A stretch of DNA of 22,891 bases, taken from Candidatus Methylomirabilia bacterium. Lineage in GTDB: Bacteria > Methylomirabilota > Methylomirabilia > Rokubacteriales > CSP1-6. A program made the translations under genes and the position numbers. Position 1 is the stretch's first letter. Each line of letters begins with the position of its first letter. Positions 8,411 through 16,870 of the stretch are shown here, in pieces. Under the pieces are notes generated by a model. It did no database searches. It had not been told where the DNA came from and saw only the letters and a list, made by a program, of their open reading frames with translations. Location of the stretch: assembly GCA_041496385.1 (NCBI GenBank), contig JBGQEL010000066.1, positions 1 to 22,891 on the forward strand, given 5' to 3'.

Positions 8411-9207
8411 GGACGCCGCTCCTCGCTGGCCGCGCGGCGGCTCTCCTCGCGGATCAACCCGAGCACCTCGCGCTTGAGCTCGTTGAAGATCGGCGAGGTG
8501 GTCGCCTCGAGCGAGCGCGGGCGCGGCAGCTCGACCGCGAGCCGCTTCTTGATGCGCCCGGGCCGCGCCGTCATGACGCAGACGGTATCGGCCAGCAGGA
8601 GCGCCTCCTCGACGTCGTGGGTGATGAACAGCACGGTCTGATGCCGGCGCTCCCACACGGAGAGCAGCAGCTCCTGCATGACGGAGCGCGTCTGCGCGTC
8701 GAGGCTCCCGAAGGGCTCGTCCATCAGCAGCAGCTCGGGCTCCATGACGAGCACTCGCGCGATGCCGACCCGCTGCTTCATGCCGCCGGAAAGCTCGGCC
8801 GGGTAGTGACGTTCGAAGCCGCGCAGACCGACCTGCTCCAGCAGCGCGTCGACCTTCGGGCGGTACTCCGCGGCGGCCACGCCGCGGGTCTTGGGGCCGA
8901 ACGTGATGTTGTCGAGCACCGTGAACCAGGGGAAGAGCGCCGCCTCCTGGAAGACGACGGCGCGGCGTGGATCGGGGCGGCTCACCGGCTGTCCGCGGAA
9001 GAGCACCTCGCCGCGGGTCGGCCCGTCGAAGCCGGCGACCATATTGAGGAGGGTCGACTTGCCGCAGCCCGACGGTCCGAGCACGGCGGCGAACTCGTTG
9101 GGGGCGATGCCGAGATCGATCCCTTCCAGCGCGACGAGCCGGCCCGATCGCCCGGTGAACTCCTTGAAGACGCCGCGCAGCTCGACCACGGGCGCCGCGT
9201 CAGGCAT
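8407..9207 (-). CDS. ABC transporter ATP-binding protein, NitT/TauB/SsuB family
   Basis: Walker A GPSGCGKST, signature LSGGMKQR, Walker B LLMDEPFGSLD and H-loop ITHD. Confidence 0.96.
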   Translation of the reverse strand: MPDAAPVVELRGVFKEFTGRSGRLVALEGIDLGIAPNEFAAVLGPSGCGKSTLLNMVAGFDGPTRGEVLFRGQPVSRPDPRRAVVFQEAALFPWFTVLDNITFGPKTRGVAAAEYRPKVDALLEQVGLRGFERHYPAELSGGMKQRVGIARVLVMEPELLLMDEPFGSLDAQTRSVMQELLLSVWERRHQTVLFITHDVEEALLLADTVCVMTARPGRIKKRLAVELPRPRSLEATTSPIFNELKREVLGLIREESRRAASEERRP

Positions 9208-9994
9208 GCCGCTCCAGGACCCGCCAGCGCAGCAGCACCTGCGAGGCGCGGAAGATGACCTGGTCGGAGACGAAGCCCAGGAGCCCCACCGAGAACATCG
9301 TGGCCACGCAGATGTCCATCCGCCCGACGTAGTAAGCGTCCCACAAGACGTAGCCGAGTCCGGACTTGACCGCGATCATCTCGGCGACGATGACCGCCGT
9401 CCAGGCGACGCCGACGCCGAGGCGCAGGCCCGTGAAGATGGACGGCAGCGCCGACGGCAGGACGACCTTCAGCAGAATCGTCCGCTCGCCGGCGCCGAGC
9501 ATGCGCGCCGCGCGAAGGAGCATGAGATTGGTGTCGCGGACGCCGTGCGAGGTGTTGACGACGATGGGATAGAACGCGCCCAGGCCGATCAGGAACAGCG
9601 CGCTGGCGTCGTAGATGCCGAAGACGGCGATGGCGAACGGCAACCAGGCGGTGATGGGCACCGGCCGCAGGAGCTGGATCGAGGGATCCACCAGACGCGC
9701 CACCATACGGTTCCACCCGACGAAGATGCCGAGGGGAATGGCCACCGCCGCGGCGAGACCGAAGCCCTCCAGGACCCGGCGCCCGGAGTAGAGGACGTTG
9801 GCCACCCAGGTGCCCGAGTAGGGGGAGAGCGACTTGCCCGGCGCGCCGAAGATCCACTTGCGCCAGGAGTCCACCACCTGGGCCGGGGCCGGCACGATCC
9901 CCTCGACGAGCCACCGCTGCTCGACGGCCAGGTGCCAGACGCCGAGCAGCAGCAGCGGCAGGATCAAGAACCAGGGGATGCGCCGGCCGCTCAC
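9200..9994 (-). CDS. ABC transporter permease, NitT/TauC/SsuC family
   Basis: Multiple hydrophobic helices, LRPVPITAWLP, EAA-like RAARMLGA and VIVAEMI...SGLG. Confidence 0.94.
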   Translation of the reverse strand: MSGRRIPWFLILPLLLLGVWHLAVEQRWLVEGIVPAPAQVVDSWRKWIFGAPGKSLSPYSGTWVANVLYSGRRVLEGFGLAAAVAIPLGIFVGWNRMVARLVDPSIQLLRPVPITAWLPFAIAVFGIYDASALFLIGLGAFYPIVVNTSHGVRDTNLMLLRAARMLGAGERTILLKVVLPSALPSIFTGLRLGVGVAWTAVIVAEMIAVKSGLGYVLWDAYYVGRMDICVATMFSVGLLGFVSDQVIFRASQVLLRWRVLERHA

Positions 9995-10010
9995 GCCCCG
10001 CGGCCCGTCT

Positions 10011-11036
10011 CTACTTGTTCTGCCCGAGGTCGGCGGCGGTGCGCCCGGTGGCGCGGGCGAGAAACTCGTAGGTGTAGAGCTGCCCCACCTCGCCCGAGAC
10101 CTCGCGGGCGATGACGCCGTTGTCGAACAGGAACTTGGAGATGCGCTTGATGGACTCGAGCGGCAGCGTCACGTCGAAGCGCGTGTAGCGGATGGCCTCG
10201 CTCGCGACGGCCTCGGGCAGCCCCGCCTTCTCGGCGTAGATCTTGGCGAAGCGCTGCGGGTCGGCCTGGGCGATCTTGAGCACGTCCACGTAGGCGGAGA
10301 CGAGCCGCTGCGTCGCCTCGCGCTGCTTCTCCATGAACCCGCGGTTCACGGCGAGGACGGCGATGAGCCCGCCCACGGTCCTGGTGCCGTTGTGGGTGAT
10401 CGTCGGGTACTGCGCCCAGCCCTCCGTGATGCCCTGGGCGCAGAACGGGTGCCAGACCACGGCCATGTCGATTTCCTTGCCCTGGAGCGATTTGAGGTAG
10501 TTGCCGCCGCCGCCGACTATATTAATGATGCGGAGCTTGCCGTACTCGAGGCCGTTTTCCTGGACCGAGGCCGCGAACTTGAGCCAGGAGATGGAGCCCG
10601 CCCCGACGCCGATGGTCCTGGCGCCGAGCCCCGTCCAGTCCTTGACGTCCTCGCCCTTGCGCACCAGCAGGCAGTCGTTGCCGGAGCCGATGCCTGCCAC
10701 GCCGATCATGGACTTGGCGCCCTGGCCCAGGGCGAGGGTGATGTCCTGAGGGCCGAAGGCGGCGATGTCGAGGTCGCCCGAGGCCAGGGCCGTGCGCGCG
10801 TCCGCGAAGCGCTGGAAGAGCACCGGCTCGACCTGGATGTTGTACTTGGCCGCCTGCTCGGGGAAGATCCAGAGCGGCGACAGGGCGGGCACGTTGGCCA
10901 TGCCCAGCTTGACCTTGACCGCCGTGGCCAGCGGAGTCCGCGCGGCGTCGGCCTGCGCGAGGGCGCGGGTCGCCGATCCGGGAGCGGCCAGGAGCGCGAG
11001 CAGGACCAGCGACGAGCCGACGAGCCACCTGTTCAT
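10011..11036 (-). CDS. ABC transporter substrate-binding protein, SsuA/TauA/NMT1 family
   Basis: ATG at 11036 with a GGAGG RBS. Signal peptide MNRWLVGSSLVLLALLAA. ALASGDLDIA and IDMAVVWHPF. First gene of the SBP-permease-ATPase-amidohydrolase operon. Confidence 0.9.
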   Translation of the reverse strand: MNRWLVGSSLVLLALLAAPGSATRALAQADAARTPLATAVKVKLGMANVPALSPLWIFPEQAAKYNIQVEPVLFQRFADARTALASGDLDIAAFGPQDITLALGQGAKSMIGVAGIGSGNDCLLVRKGEDVKDWTGLGARTIGVGAGSISWLKFAASVQENGLEYGKLRIINIVGGGGNYLKSLQGKEIDMAVVWHPFCAQGITEGWAQYPTITHNGTRTVGGLIAVLAVNRGFMEKQREATQRLVSAYVDVLKIAQADPQRFAKIYAEKAGLPEAVASEAIRYTRFDVTLPLESIKRISKFLFDNGVIAREVSGEVGQLYTYEFLARATGRTAADLGQNK

Positions 11037-11116
11037 GTGGAGCCTCCCAGAGCGATGCGTGGGCAGAGTGTGGCACGCGTACCGCGGCTCATTCAAGGCT
11101 TCCGTCGGCCGGGCGA

Positions 11117-11159
11117 ACCCCATACAACCGGGCGCGAGCGCGGCAGGCACCCCATACAA
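11117..11159. repeat. Perfect 11-nt direct repeat ACCCCATACAA x2 in a divergent promoter region; candidate operator
   Basis: Copies at 11117-11127 and 11149-11159, 32 nt apart start to start. Confidence 0.7.
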
Positions 11160-11178
11160 AGGGGCGCGCCGAAAGGCG

Positions 11179-11219
11179 CTTGACTCGGCGCCGTCTCGGG
11201 GCGATCGTCGGGCGCATCG
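11179..11219 (+). promoter_or_regulatory. Putative promoter of the SnoaL/hydrolase genes; motif shared with 4576-4616
   Basis: TTGACT-N17-GATCGT-CGGGCGCATCG, upstream of a GAGGGGAG RBS. Confidence 0.5.
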
Positions 11220-11256
11220 AGCGGTGCACCCGACACACGAGGGGAGCGAGACGAAC

Positions 11257-11619
11257 GTGACGATCAAGGACCTGGAAGCGTTCGGCGACGGCTGGAACCG
11301 GCACGACGTCGATGTCCTGATGACTTTCATGTCCGACGACTGCGTCTTCGAGACGACCGCGGGCAAGGAGGTCTGCGGCACGCGCTACGCCGGGCGCGAG
11401 CGCGTGCGCGAGGCCTTCGCCCGCGTGTTCAAGATGTTCCCCGACGCCCACTTCGGCGACGCACGCCACTTCGTGGCGGGCGACCGTGGCGTGTCGGAGT
11501 GGATCTTCACGGGCACGACCTCCGACGGCAAGAAGGTCGAGGTCAACGGTTGCGACGTGTTCACGTTCAAGAACGGCAAGATCGCGCTGAAGAACTCGTA
11601 CTTCAAGAATCGCACGTAG
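11257..11619 (+). CDS. SnoaL/NTF2-like family protein resembling taurine dehydrogenase small subunit TauX (120 aa)
   Basis: GTG start after GAGGGGAG. AFGDGWNRHDVDVLMTFMSDDCVF, GDRGVSEWIFTGT and GCDVFTFKNGKI. Confidence 0.85.
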   Translation: MTIKDLEAFGDGWNRHDVDVLMTFMSDDCVFETTAGKEVCGTRYAGRERVREAFARVFKMFPDAHFGDARHFVAGDRGVSEWIFTGTTSDGKKVEVNGCDVFTFKNGKIALKNSYFKNRT

Positions 11620-11638
11620 CGTCGGGGGACCTGGCCGC

Positions 11639-13639
11639 GTGGCTGTCGCACACTTCGACATCGCGCTGCGGCGCGCGCTGGCCGGCGGCCGCGCGTTCGG
11701 CGCCGTCGGGCCGTACGAGGAGCTGAAGGGGCGGCTCCACTTCGCGATCGACCCGGCGCATCCGGCCAACGCGCGGATCACCGACGTCGCCCTCGCGCCG
11801 CGGAACCGCGACGGGCGCGTGGAGTTCGCAGCCGACGTGTCCGTCCTACTGCCCGTCGAGCGCGCCCGCGGCAACGGCCGCGCGATCCTCGACGTCGTGA
11901 ATCGCGGTAACACCGTCACGGTGCCGAACTTCAACCACGCCACGCGGCCCGTGTTCGGGCCGGACGCCGACGCGAACCCGGCGGTCGACGTCGGCGATGG
12001 GTTCCTGATGCGGCGGGGCTATACCGTCGTGTCGTGCGGCTGGCAGTGCGACGTGCCGGAGCTGCCGGGGCTCCTGCGGCTCTACGCCCCCGAGGCGCGC
12101 GACGGTGCCGGTCGGCCGCTCGAGGGCCGGGTCTACGTCAATCTCCAGGCGCCTGAGCCGGTGCCGCACTTCCTCCTCTCGGACCGCGGCCACCTCGCGT
12201 ATCCCGCCGCCGATCCCGACGCGCCGGACGCTCTCCTGCTGGCGCGCGACCAGCTCGACGCCGAGCCGCGAACGATTCCCCGGGCCCGGTGGCGCTTCGC
12301 GCGCGCCGTCGACGGCCGCGTCGTGCCCGACGCGCGCCACGTCTGGCTCGAGGGCGGCTTCGAGAAGGGGCGCCTCTACCAGGTCGCGTACACCGCGCGC
12401 GGCGCGCCGGTCCTCGGCGTGAGCTTCGCGGCGCTGCGCGACTGCGTGTCGTGGCTCAAGCACGGGAGCGCGGCCGAGGCCAACCCGGCCCCCGGCGCGC
12501 TGCGCTGGGCGTACGCCTACGGGCGCTCGCAGACCGGCCGCCTGCTGCGCACGCTCGCGTACTGGGACCTGAACCTCGACGAGCAGGGCCGCGAGGCGCT
12601 CGACGGCGTCATCGCGAATGTCGCGGGCGGCATGCGGGGCGAGTTCAACCAGCGCTTCGGCCAGAACTCGAAGGACCGGCCGCAGATGATGGCGCACGTG
12701 TTCCCGTCCACCGACCTGGAGACGCGCGACGCCGCCGGCGGGACGGCCGACGCGCTCCACCGCCGCCTGGACGCGCGCGCGAGCCCGCTCAAGGTGTTCT
12801 ACACGAACACGTCGGCCGAGTACCACCGGGGCGACGCGTCGCTCGTCCACACGGATCCCGACGGCTTGCGCGACGTCGCGCACGGCCCCAACACGCGCGT
12901 CTACCACTTCGCCGGGACCGAGCACGGTCTCGGCGTCTGGCCGCCGTCCGACGCGACGATCGCGGCCGCCGATCCGCACGGCTGGACCGAGCGCTCGCAG
13001 CACGTGCGCGGCGTCGTGAACTACGGCCGGCTGCTCCGCGCCTGTCTCGTGAGCCTCGACCGCTGGGTCACCGAGGGCGTCGAGCCGCCGCCGAGCCGGC
13101 ACCCGCGGCTCGACGACCGCACCGCGGTGCCGCCCGAGTCGCTCGAGAAGGCGTTCGGGCGAATCCGCGGCGCGCGCTATCCGCGCCATCACGCGCGACC
13201 GCGCCGGCTCGACTTCGGCGCCGATCCCGAGCTCCGCGTGATGGCGCTGGTCCCGCCGCGCGAGGGCCCGGCGTTCCGCACGCTGGTCTCGGCCGTGGAC
13301 GACGACGGCAACGAGACGGCCGGGATCGCTCTGCCGGAAGTCCGCGTGCCGCTCGCCACGCACACCGGCTGGAACCTCCGGCATCCCGAGATCGGCGGCG
13401 AGGAGCAGCTGCTCTACTTCGCCGGCGCGACGCTCCCGTTCGCGCGGACTCGACGGGAGCGCGAGGCCGAGGGGGATCCGCGCCCGTCGATCCAGGAGCG
13501 CTACGCGTCGCGGCTGGCGTACCTCGAGCGCGTCCGCCGCGCGGCGCAGGAGCTCGTCGCCGGGCGCTATCTGCTGGACGAGGACGTCGAGCTGTCGGTC
13601 ACGCTCGCCGGCCGGATGTGGGACTGGCTCGCTAGCTGA
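11639..13639 (+). CDS. Alpha/beta hydrolase domain-containing protein (Abhydrolase_10-like), 666 aa
   Basis: Nucleophile-elbow-like YAYGRSQTGR, plus DVVNRG, GWQCD, VDDDGNETAGI and GDPRPSIQERY. Strong GC3 codon bias. Confidence 0.8.
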   Translation: MAVAHFDIALRRALAGGRAFGAVGPYEELKGRLHFAIDPAHPANARITDVALAPRNRDGRVEFAADVSVLLPVERARGNGRAILDVVNRGNTVTVPNFNHATRPVFGPDADANPAVDVGDGFLMRRGYTVVSCGWQCDVPELPGLLRLYAPEARDGAGRPLEGRVYVNLQAPEPVPHFLLSDRGHLAYPAADPDAPDALLLARDQLDAEPRTIPRARWRFARAVDGRVVPDARHVWLEGGFEKGRLYQVAYTARGAPVLGVSFAALRDCVSWLKHGSAAEANPAPGALRWAYAYGRSQTGRLLRTLAYWDLNLDEQGREALDGVIANVAGGMRGEFNQRFGQNSKDRPQMMAHVFPSTDLETRDAAGGTADALHRRLDARASPLKVFYTNTSAEYHRGDASLVHTDPDGLRDVAHGPNTRVYHFAGTEHGLGVWPPSDATIAAADPHGWTERSQHVRGVVNYGRLLRACLVSLDRWVTEGVEPPPSRHPRLDDRTAVPPESLEKAFGRIRGARYPRHHARPRRLDFGADPELRVMALVPPREGPAFRTLVSAVDDDGNETAGIALPEVRVPLATHTGWNLRHPEIGGEEQLLYFAGATLPFARTRREREAEGDPRPSIQERYASRLAYLERVRRAAQELVAGRYLLDEDVELSVTLAGRMWDWLAS

Positions 13640-14543
13640 CGGCCTCGGCGGCGATCGCCGTGTCGACGAGCGCCTCGAAGGGGTGGCGGCGCCGGATGAA
13701 GCCGCCGCCCAGCAGGATCTCCTGGAGCGTCTCGTACCCCGCGCGCGTCAGGAGCGGGTCGCGGTTCCAGGTTCCCTGCGCGCGATAGCGCTCGATCGCG
13801 CGCACGCGAAGCGCGGCGTCGATCTCGGGGAACGCCGGCGCGATCACGGCCGCGATCTCCGCCGCGCTCGCCGCCGCCATCCAGCGCTGCGCGCGGTGAA
13901 AGCCGCGCACGAAGCGGACGAGCATCGCGCGCTCCCGCACGAGGACCTCGGGCGTCGCCATGAACGAGGTGAAGGGCACCGGCCCCGTCGCCTCGCCCAT
14001 GGAGGCGACCAGGTGCCCCGTGCCGTCCGCCGTCAATTCGTCGACCACGGGGGGACCGTGCTCGATGAAGTCCGCCTTGCCCGTGCGGAAGGCCGCGACG
14101 GCCTCGGGCGTCGCGAGGTCGCGGACGAACCGGACCTGCGCCGGGTCGACGCCGTGCCGCCGGAGCACCGCCTGCATGCAGAGCCACGGCGTCGGCGCGC
14201 CGCTGAAGGAGAGGACCGTCCGGCCGGCGAGATCCGCCCACGCGAAGCCGGGCCGGGGCTGGCGGCTCAGGAGGAAGAACCCGTTGCGGTCGTTCACGGC
14301 GGCGAAGTGCACGAGCCTCGGCCCCCCGCGATCGATCACGTCGAAGCTCCGCATGAGCCCGGAGAGCGCGAGGTCGGCGCGGCCGTCGCGCAGCGCATCC
14401 ACCGTGCCCAGGCCCGGCGAGGCTGTCGTCAGCGCGATCTCGAAGCCCTCGGCCGCAAAATGGCCGCCGTGGATCGCGACGAAGTTGGGGGCGTAGAAGA
14501 GCGAGCGGAAGGGCTCCATGACCCGGAGACGGACGGGCGTCAC
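13632..14543 (-). CDS. Orphan NMT1/THI5/SsuA-like substrate-binding-fold protein with no evident signal peptide
   Basis: RSLFYAPNFVAIHGGHFAAEG, GRADLALSG, GKADFIEH and FVRGFHRAQRW. No permease adjacent. Confidence 0.8.
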   Translation of the reverse strand: MTPVRLRVMEPFRSLFYAPNFVAIHGGHFAAEGFEIALTTASPGLGTVDALRDGRADLALSGLMRSFDVIDRGGPRLVHFAAVNDRNGFFLLSRQPRPGFAWADLAGRTVLSFSGAPTPWLCMQAVLRRHGVDPAQVRFVRDLATPEAVAAFRTGKADFIEHGPPVVDELTADGTGHLVASMGEATGPVPFTSFMATPEVLVRERAMLVRFVRGFHRAQRWMAAASAAEIAAVIAPAFPEIDAALRVRAIERYRAQGTWNRDPLLTRAGYETLQEILLGGGFIRRRHPFEALVDTAIAAEAVS

Positions 14544-14581
14544 GATGACGCGAGTATACCCGCAATGTATAGTGGCGGGCG

Positions 14582-14788
14582 TTGACGCCGCACCTGATCG
14601 CGCTGTCGAGCGCCGTGTGCTCCGCGGTCGCGACGATGCTGCGGGGCCTCCGGTGCTCGAATTTCTACGCCGGCTTCTGGATCAACGTCGCCGTCGGCGC
14701 GGTGGGACTGTGGTCGTGTTCCTGCTCACCGGGTGGTGAGGAGACGAGCTCCGAGCCATGTCGGCGCTCCGACGCGGTGATGGGTTAG
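14582..14788 (+). pseudogene. Possible truncated remnant of a DMT/EamA family transporter
   Basis: The N-terminus HLIALSSAVCSAVATM-LRGLR...FYAGFWINVAVGAVGLW resembles the first two EamA helices. The hydrophobic text continues briefly in another frame (VVFLLTGW-stop), then the coding signal ends. Confidence 0.5.
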
Positions 14789-14827
14789 GCTAGTCCCGCC
14801 GGCCAAGACCACCGAGAGGAGCCAGAC

Positions 14828-16372
14828 ATGCCAGGAGTCGATCGACGGGAATTCCTGAAGAGCACCACGCTCACGGTCGCCGCGCTCTCCGGCGGCGTGC
14901 TCGCCCGACGCGCCGCCGCGCAGGGCAGGGCGGGCGGCACGCTCGTCTTCGCGAGCACGGCGCTGCCGCCCAACATCGAGCCCCACATGCAGGGGCTCGA
15001 CATCTGGCAGAAGCGCAAGCCGCTCATCTACGAGAATCTCGTGGTGATCGACGAGGCGCTCGAGCCCAGGCCCGAGCTGGCCGAGCGGTGGGAGCAGAAG
15101 TCGCCGACGGAGTACGTCTTCCACCTGCGCCGGGGTGTCAAGTTCCACAACGGCAAGGAGCTGGACGCCGAGGACGTGAAGTACACGTACGATCGCGTCC
15201 GCGACCCGAAGGTGAGCCCCGGCGCCAACGACCTCTTCTCCATCAAGCAGATCGACGTGATCGACGCGCGCACGGTGCGCTTCACGCTTGCCGCGCCCGT
15301 CGCGACGTTCCTGATCAACCTGGCGGGAAAGTATAACGGCGTCATCCCGAAGGGCGCGGCGGGTGACGGCAAGGAGCTGCTCGTGAAGGCGATCGGTACC
15401 GGGCCGTTCGCCGTGGCCGAGTTCGACCCGAGCCGCCGGCTGGTCCTCAAGCGCAACGCCGCCTACTGGGGCACGCAGAAGCCGCTGCTGGACGAGATCG
15501 TCTTTCAGGCGATCCCAGACGAGTCGTCCGCGGTGGCCGGCCTGCGCACGGGGCAGGTGGGGATGGCGGAGTTCTCCTCCGCGCTGAACTACCAGGTGGC
15601 CCGCGGCGTGGCCACGCTCGAGACGATCCAGGCGCCCTCCACGCGCTGGGTCGTCCTCGACCTCGCGGGCGATCAGGAGCCGACGAGCCGGCTGGAAGTG
15701 CGCCAGGCCATCGCGCTCGCAATCGACCGCGCCGCCATCTTGCAGATCGCCGGCTCGGGCCTCGGCCAGCGCCTCGGCGTGCTGCCGCCCGGCATGAAGG
15801 CGTGGGCGTTGCCGTGGCAGGAGCTGCCGAACCAGCAGCGCGACGTCGCCAAGGCGAAGGCGCTTCTGCAGAAGGCCGGCTTCGCCGGGCGCGTGCCGAT
15901 GAAGATCCGCAACATCGTCGGGTTCCCCGCGCTCGGCGCCGCGCTGCCCGTGATCGTCGACAACCTCAAGGAGGCCGGCATCGACGCGACCGTCGAGACG
16001 GTCGACGGCGGCGTGTGGATCAAGGACTGGATCGTGCCGCAGTCGCCGCCCACCATGAACGACTGGGGCGGCTTCGTCGACCCGGACCAGGCGTTCTTCC
16101 GCCACTTCCACTCGGCACCGGGCGGCAAGGACTTCCGCCGCTGGAACAGCAAGAAGGCCGACGAGCTACTCGAGACCGGCCGCGCCACGCTCGAGCGCGC
16201 GCGCCGCAAGCCGATCTACGACCAATTCCAGCGGCTCCTGGCGGAGGACCCGATCAGCCTCCCGCTCTACTCCCCGGATCTACTCTACGCGATGCAGAAG
16301 AGCGTGAAGGGGTTCGCGCCGCACCCGACCGGCTTTTACTACGGGCTCCGCTTCGCCTGGCTGGAGCGCTGA
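14828..16372 (+). CDS. Peptide/nickel-type ABC transporter substrate-binding protein (SBP family 5) with a Tat signal
   Basis: GAGGAG RBS. Twin-arginine DRREFLK signal. PELAERWE, LRRGVKFHNG, IGTGPF and VRQAIALAIDR. Confidence 0.95.
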   Translation: MPGVDRREFLKSTTLTVAALSGGVLARRAAAQGRAGGTLVFASTALPPNIEPHMQGLDIWQKRKPLIYENLVVIDEALEPRPELAERWEQKSPTEYVFHLRRGVKFHNGKELDAEDVKYTYDRVRDPKVSPGANDLFSIKQIDVIDARTVRFTLAAPVATFLINLAGKYNGVIPKGAAGDGKELLVKAIGTGPFAVAEFDPSRRLVLKRNAAYWGTQKPLLDEIVFQAIPDESSAVAGLRTGQVGMAEFSSALNYQVARGVATLETIQAPSTRWVVLDLAGDQEPTSRLEVRQAIALAIDRAAILQIAGSGLGQRLGVLPPGMKAWALPWQELPNQQRDVAKAKALLQKAGFAGRVPMKIRNIVGFPALGAALPVIVDNLKEAGIDATVETVDGGVWIKDWIVPQSPPTMNDWGGFVDPDQAFFRHFHSAPGGKDFRRWNSKKADELLETGRATLERARRKPIYDQFQRLLAEDPISLPLYSPDLLYAMQKSVKGFAPHPTGFYYGLRFAWLER

Positions 16373-16375
16373 GCG

Positions 16376-16413
16376 TTGCCAGGGCAGCCATATGGCCGTA
16401 TGATCAGTGCCAT
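16376..16413 (+). promoter_or_regulatory. sigma70-type promoter with a palindromic candidate operator for the TA module
   Basis: TTGCCA (16376-16381), N17, TATGAT (16399-16404). Perfect palindrome GCCATATGGC (16387-16396) in the spacer and another TGCCAT at 16408-16413. Confidence 0.7.
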
Positions 16414-16435
16414 AGTGTAGGAGGCGGCGGAGACG

Positions 16436-16870
16436 ATGGTGAGCGCAGCGCGGATCATGGACACCCTGGGCGGGCGTGGGACCCTGAAGGGCCCGGCCCG
16501 GGACACGGGGCGGCTCATCGAGCGGGTGCGCTCGGGTTTGCCCTACTCGGCGCTCGAGGCGGTCTGCGCACGCTTCCAGATCGGCCAGGGGGAGCTGGTC
16601 GCGCTCCTGCACCTCCCCGCGAGGACGCTGGCCCGCCGAAAGCGCGAACGCCGGCTGCGCGCGGATGAATCCGACCGCCTCGTGCGTCTCGGAAGGATCG
16701 CGACGCTGGCGGAGCAAGTTCTAGGGACCCGGGCGAAGGCCAGCTCCTGGCTGCATCGCTCCAACCGCGCCCTCGGGAACGTCCCCCCCCTCCACCATCT
16801 GGACACGGACCTCGGGGCGCGCGAGGTGGAAGACCTCCTGATCCGGATCGCGCACGGGGTCCATAGCTGA
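16436..16870 (+). CDS. Type II antitoxin, Xre/MbcA/ParS family (HTH plus DUF2384-like domain)
   Basis: VRSGLPYSAL, RTLARRKRERRLRADESDRLVRL, WLHRSNRALGNVPPL and GAREVEDLLIRIAHG. AGGAGG upstream. Confidence 0.93.
   Translation: MVSAARIMDTLGGRGTLKGPARDTGRLIERVRSGLPYSALEAVCARFQIGQGELVALLHLPARTLARRKRERRLRADESDRLVRLGRIATLAEQVLGTRAKASSWLHRSNRALGNVPPLHHLDTDLGAREVEDLLIRIAHGVHS

Noticed and set aside
11071..11085. TGGCAC resembling a sigma54 -24 element
   Set aside because: The -12 element reads CCGC rather than TTGC, and it is on the wrong strand for the nearest gene.
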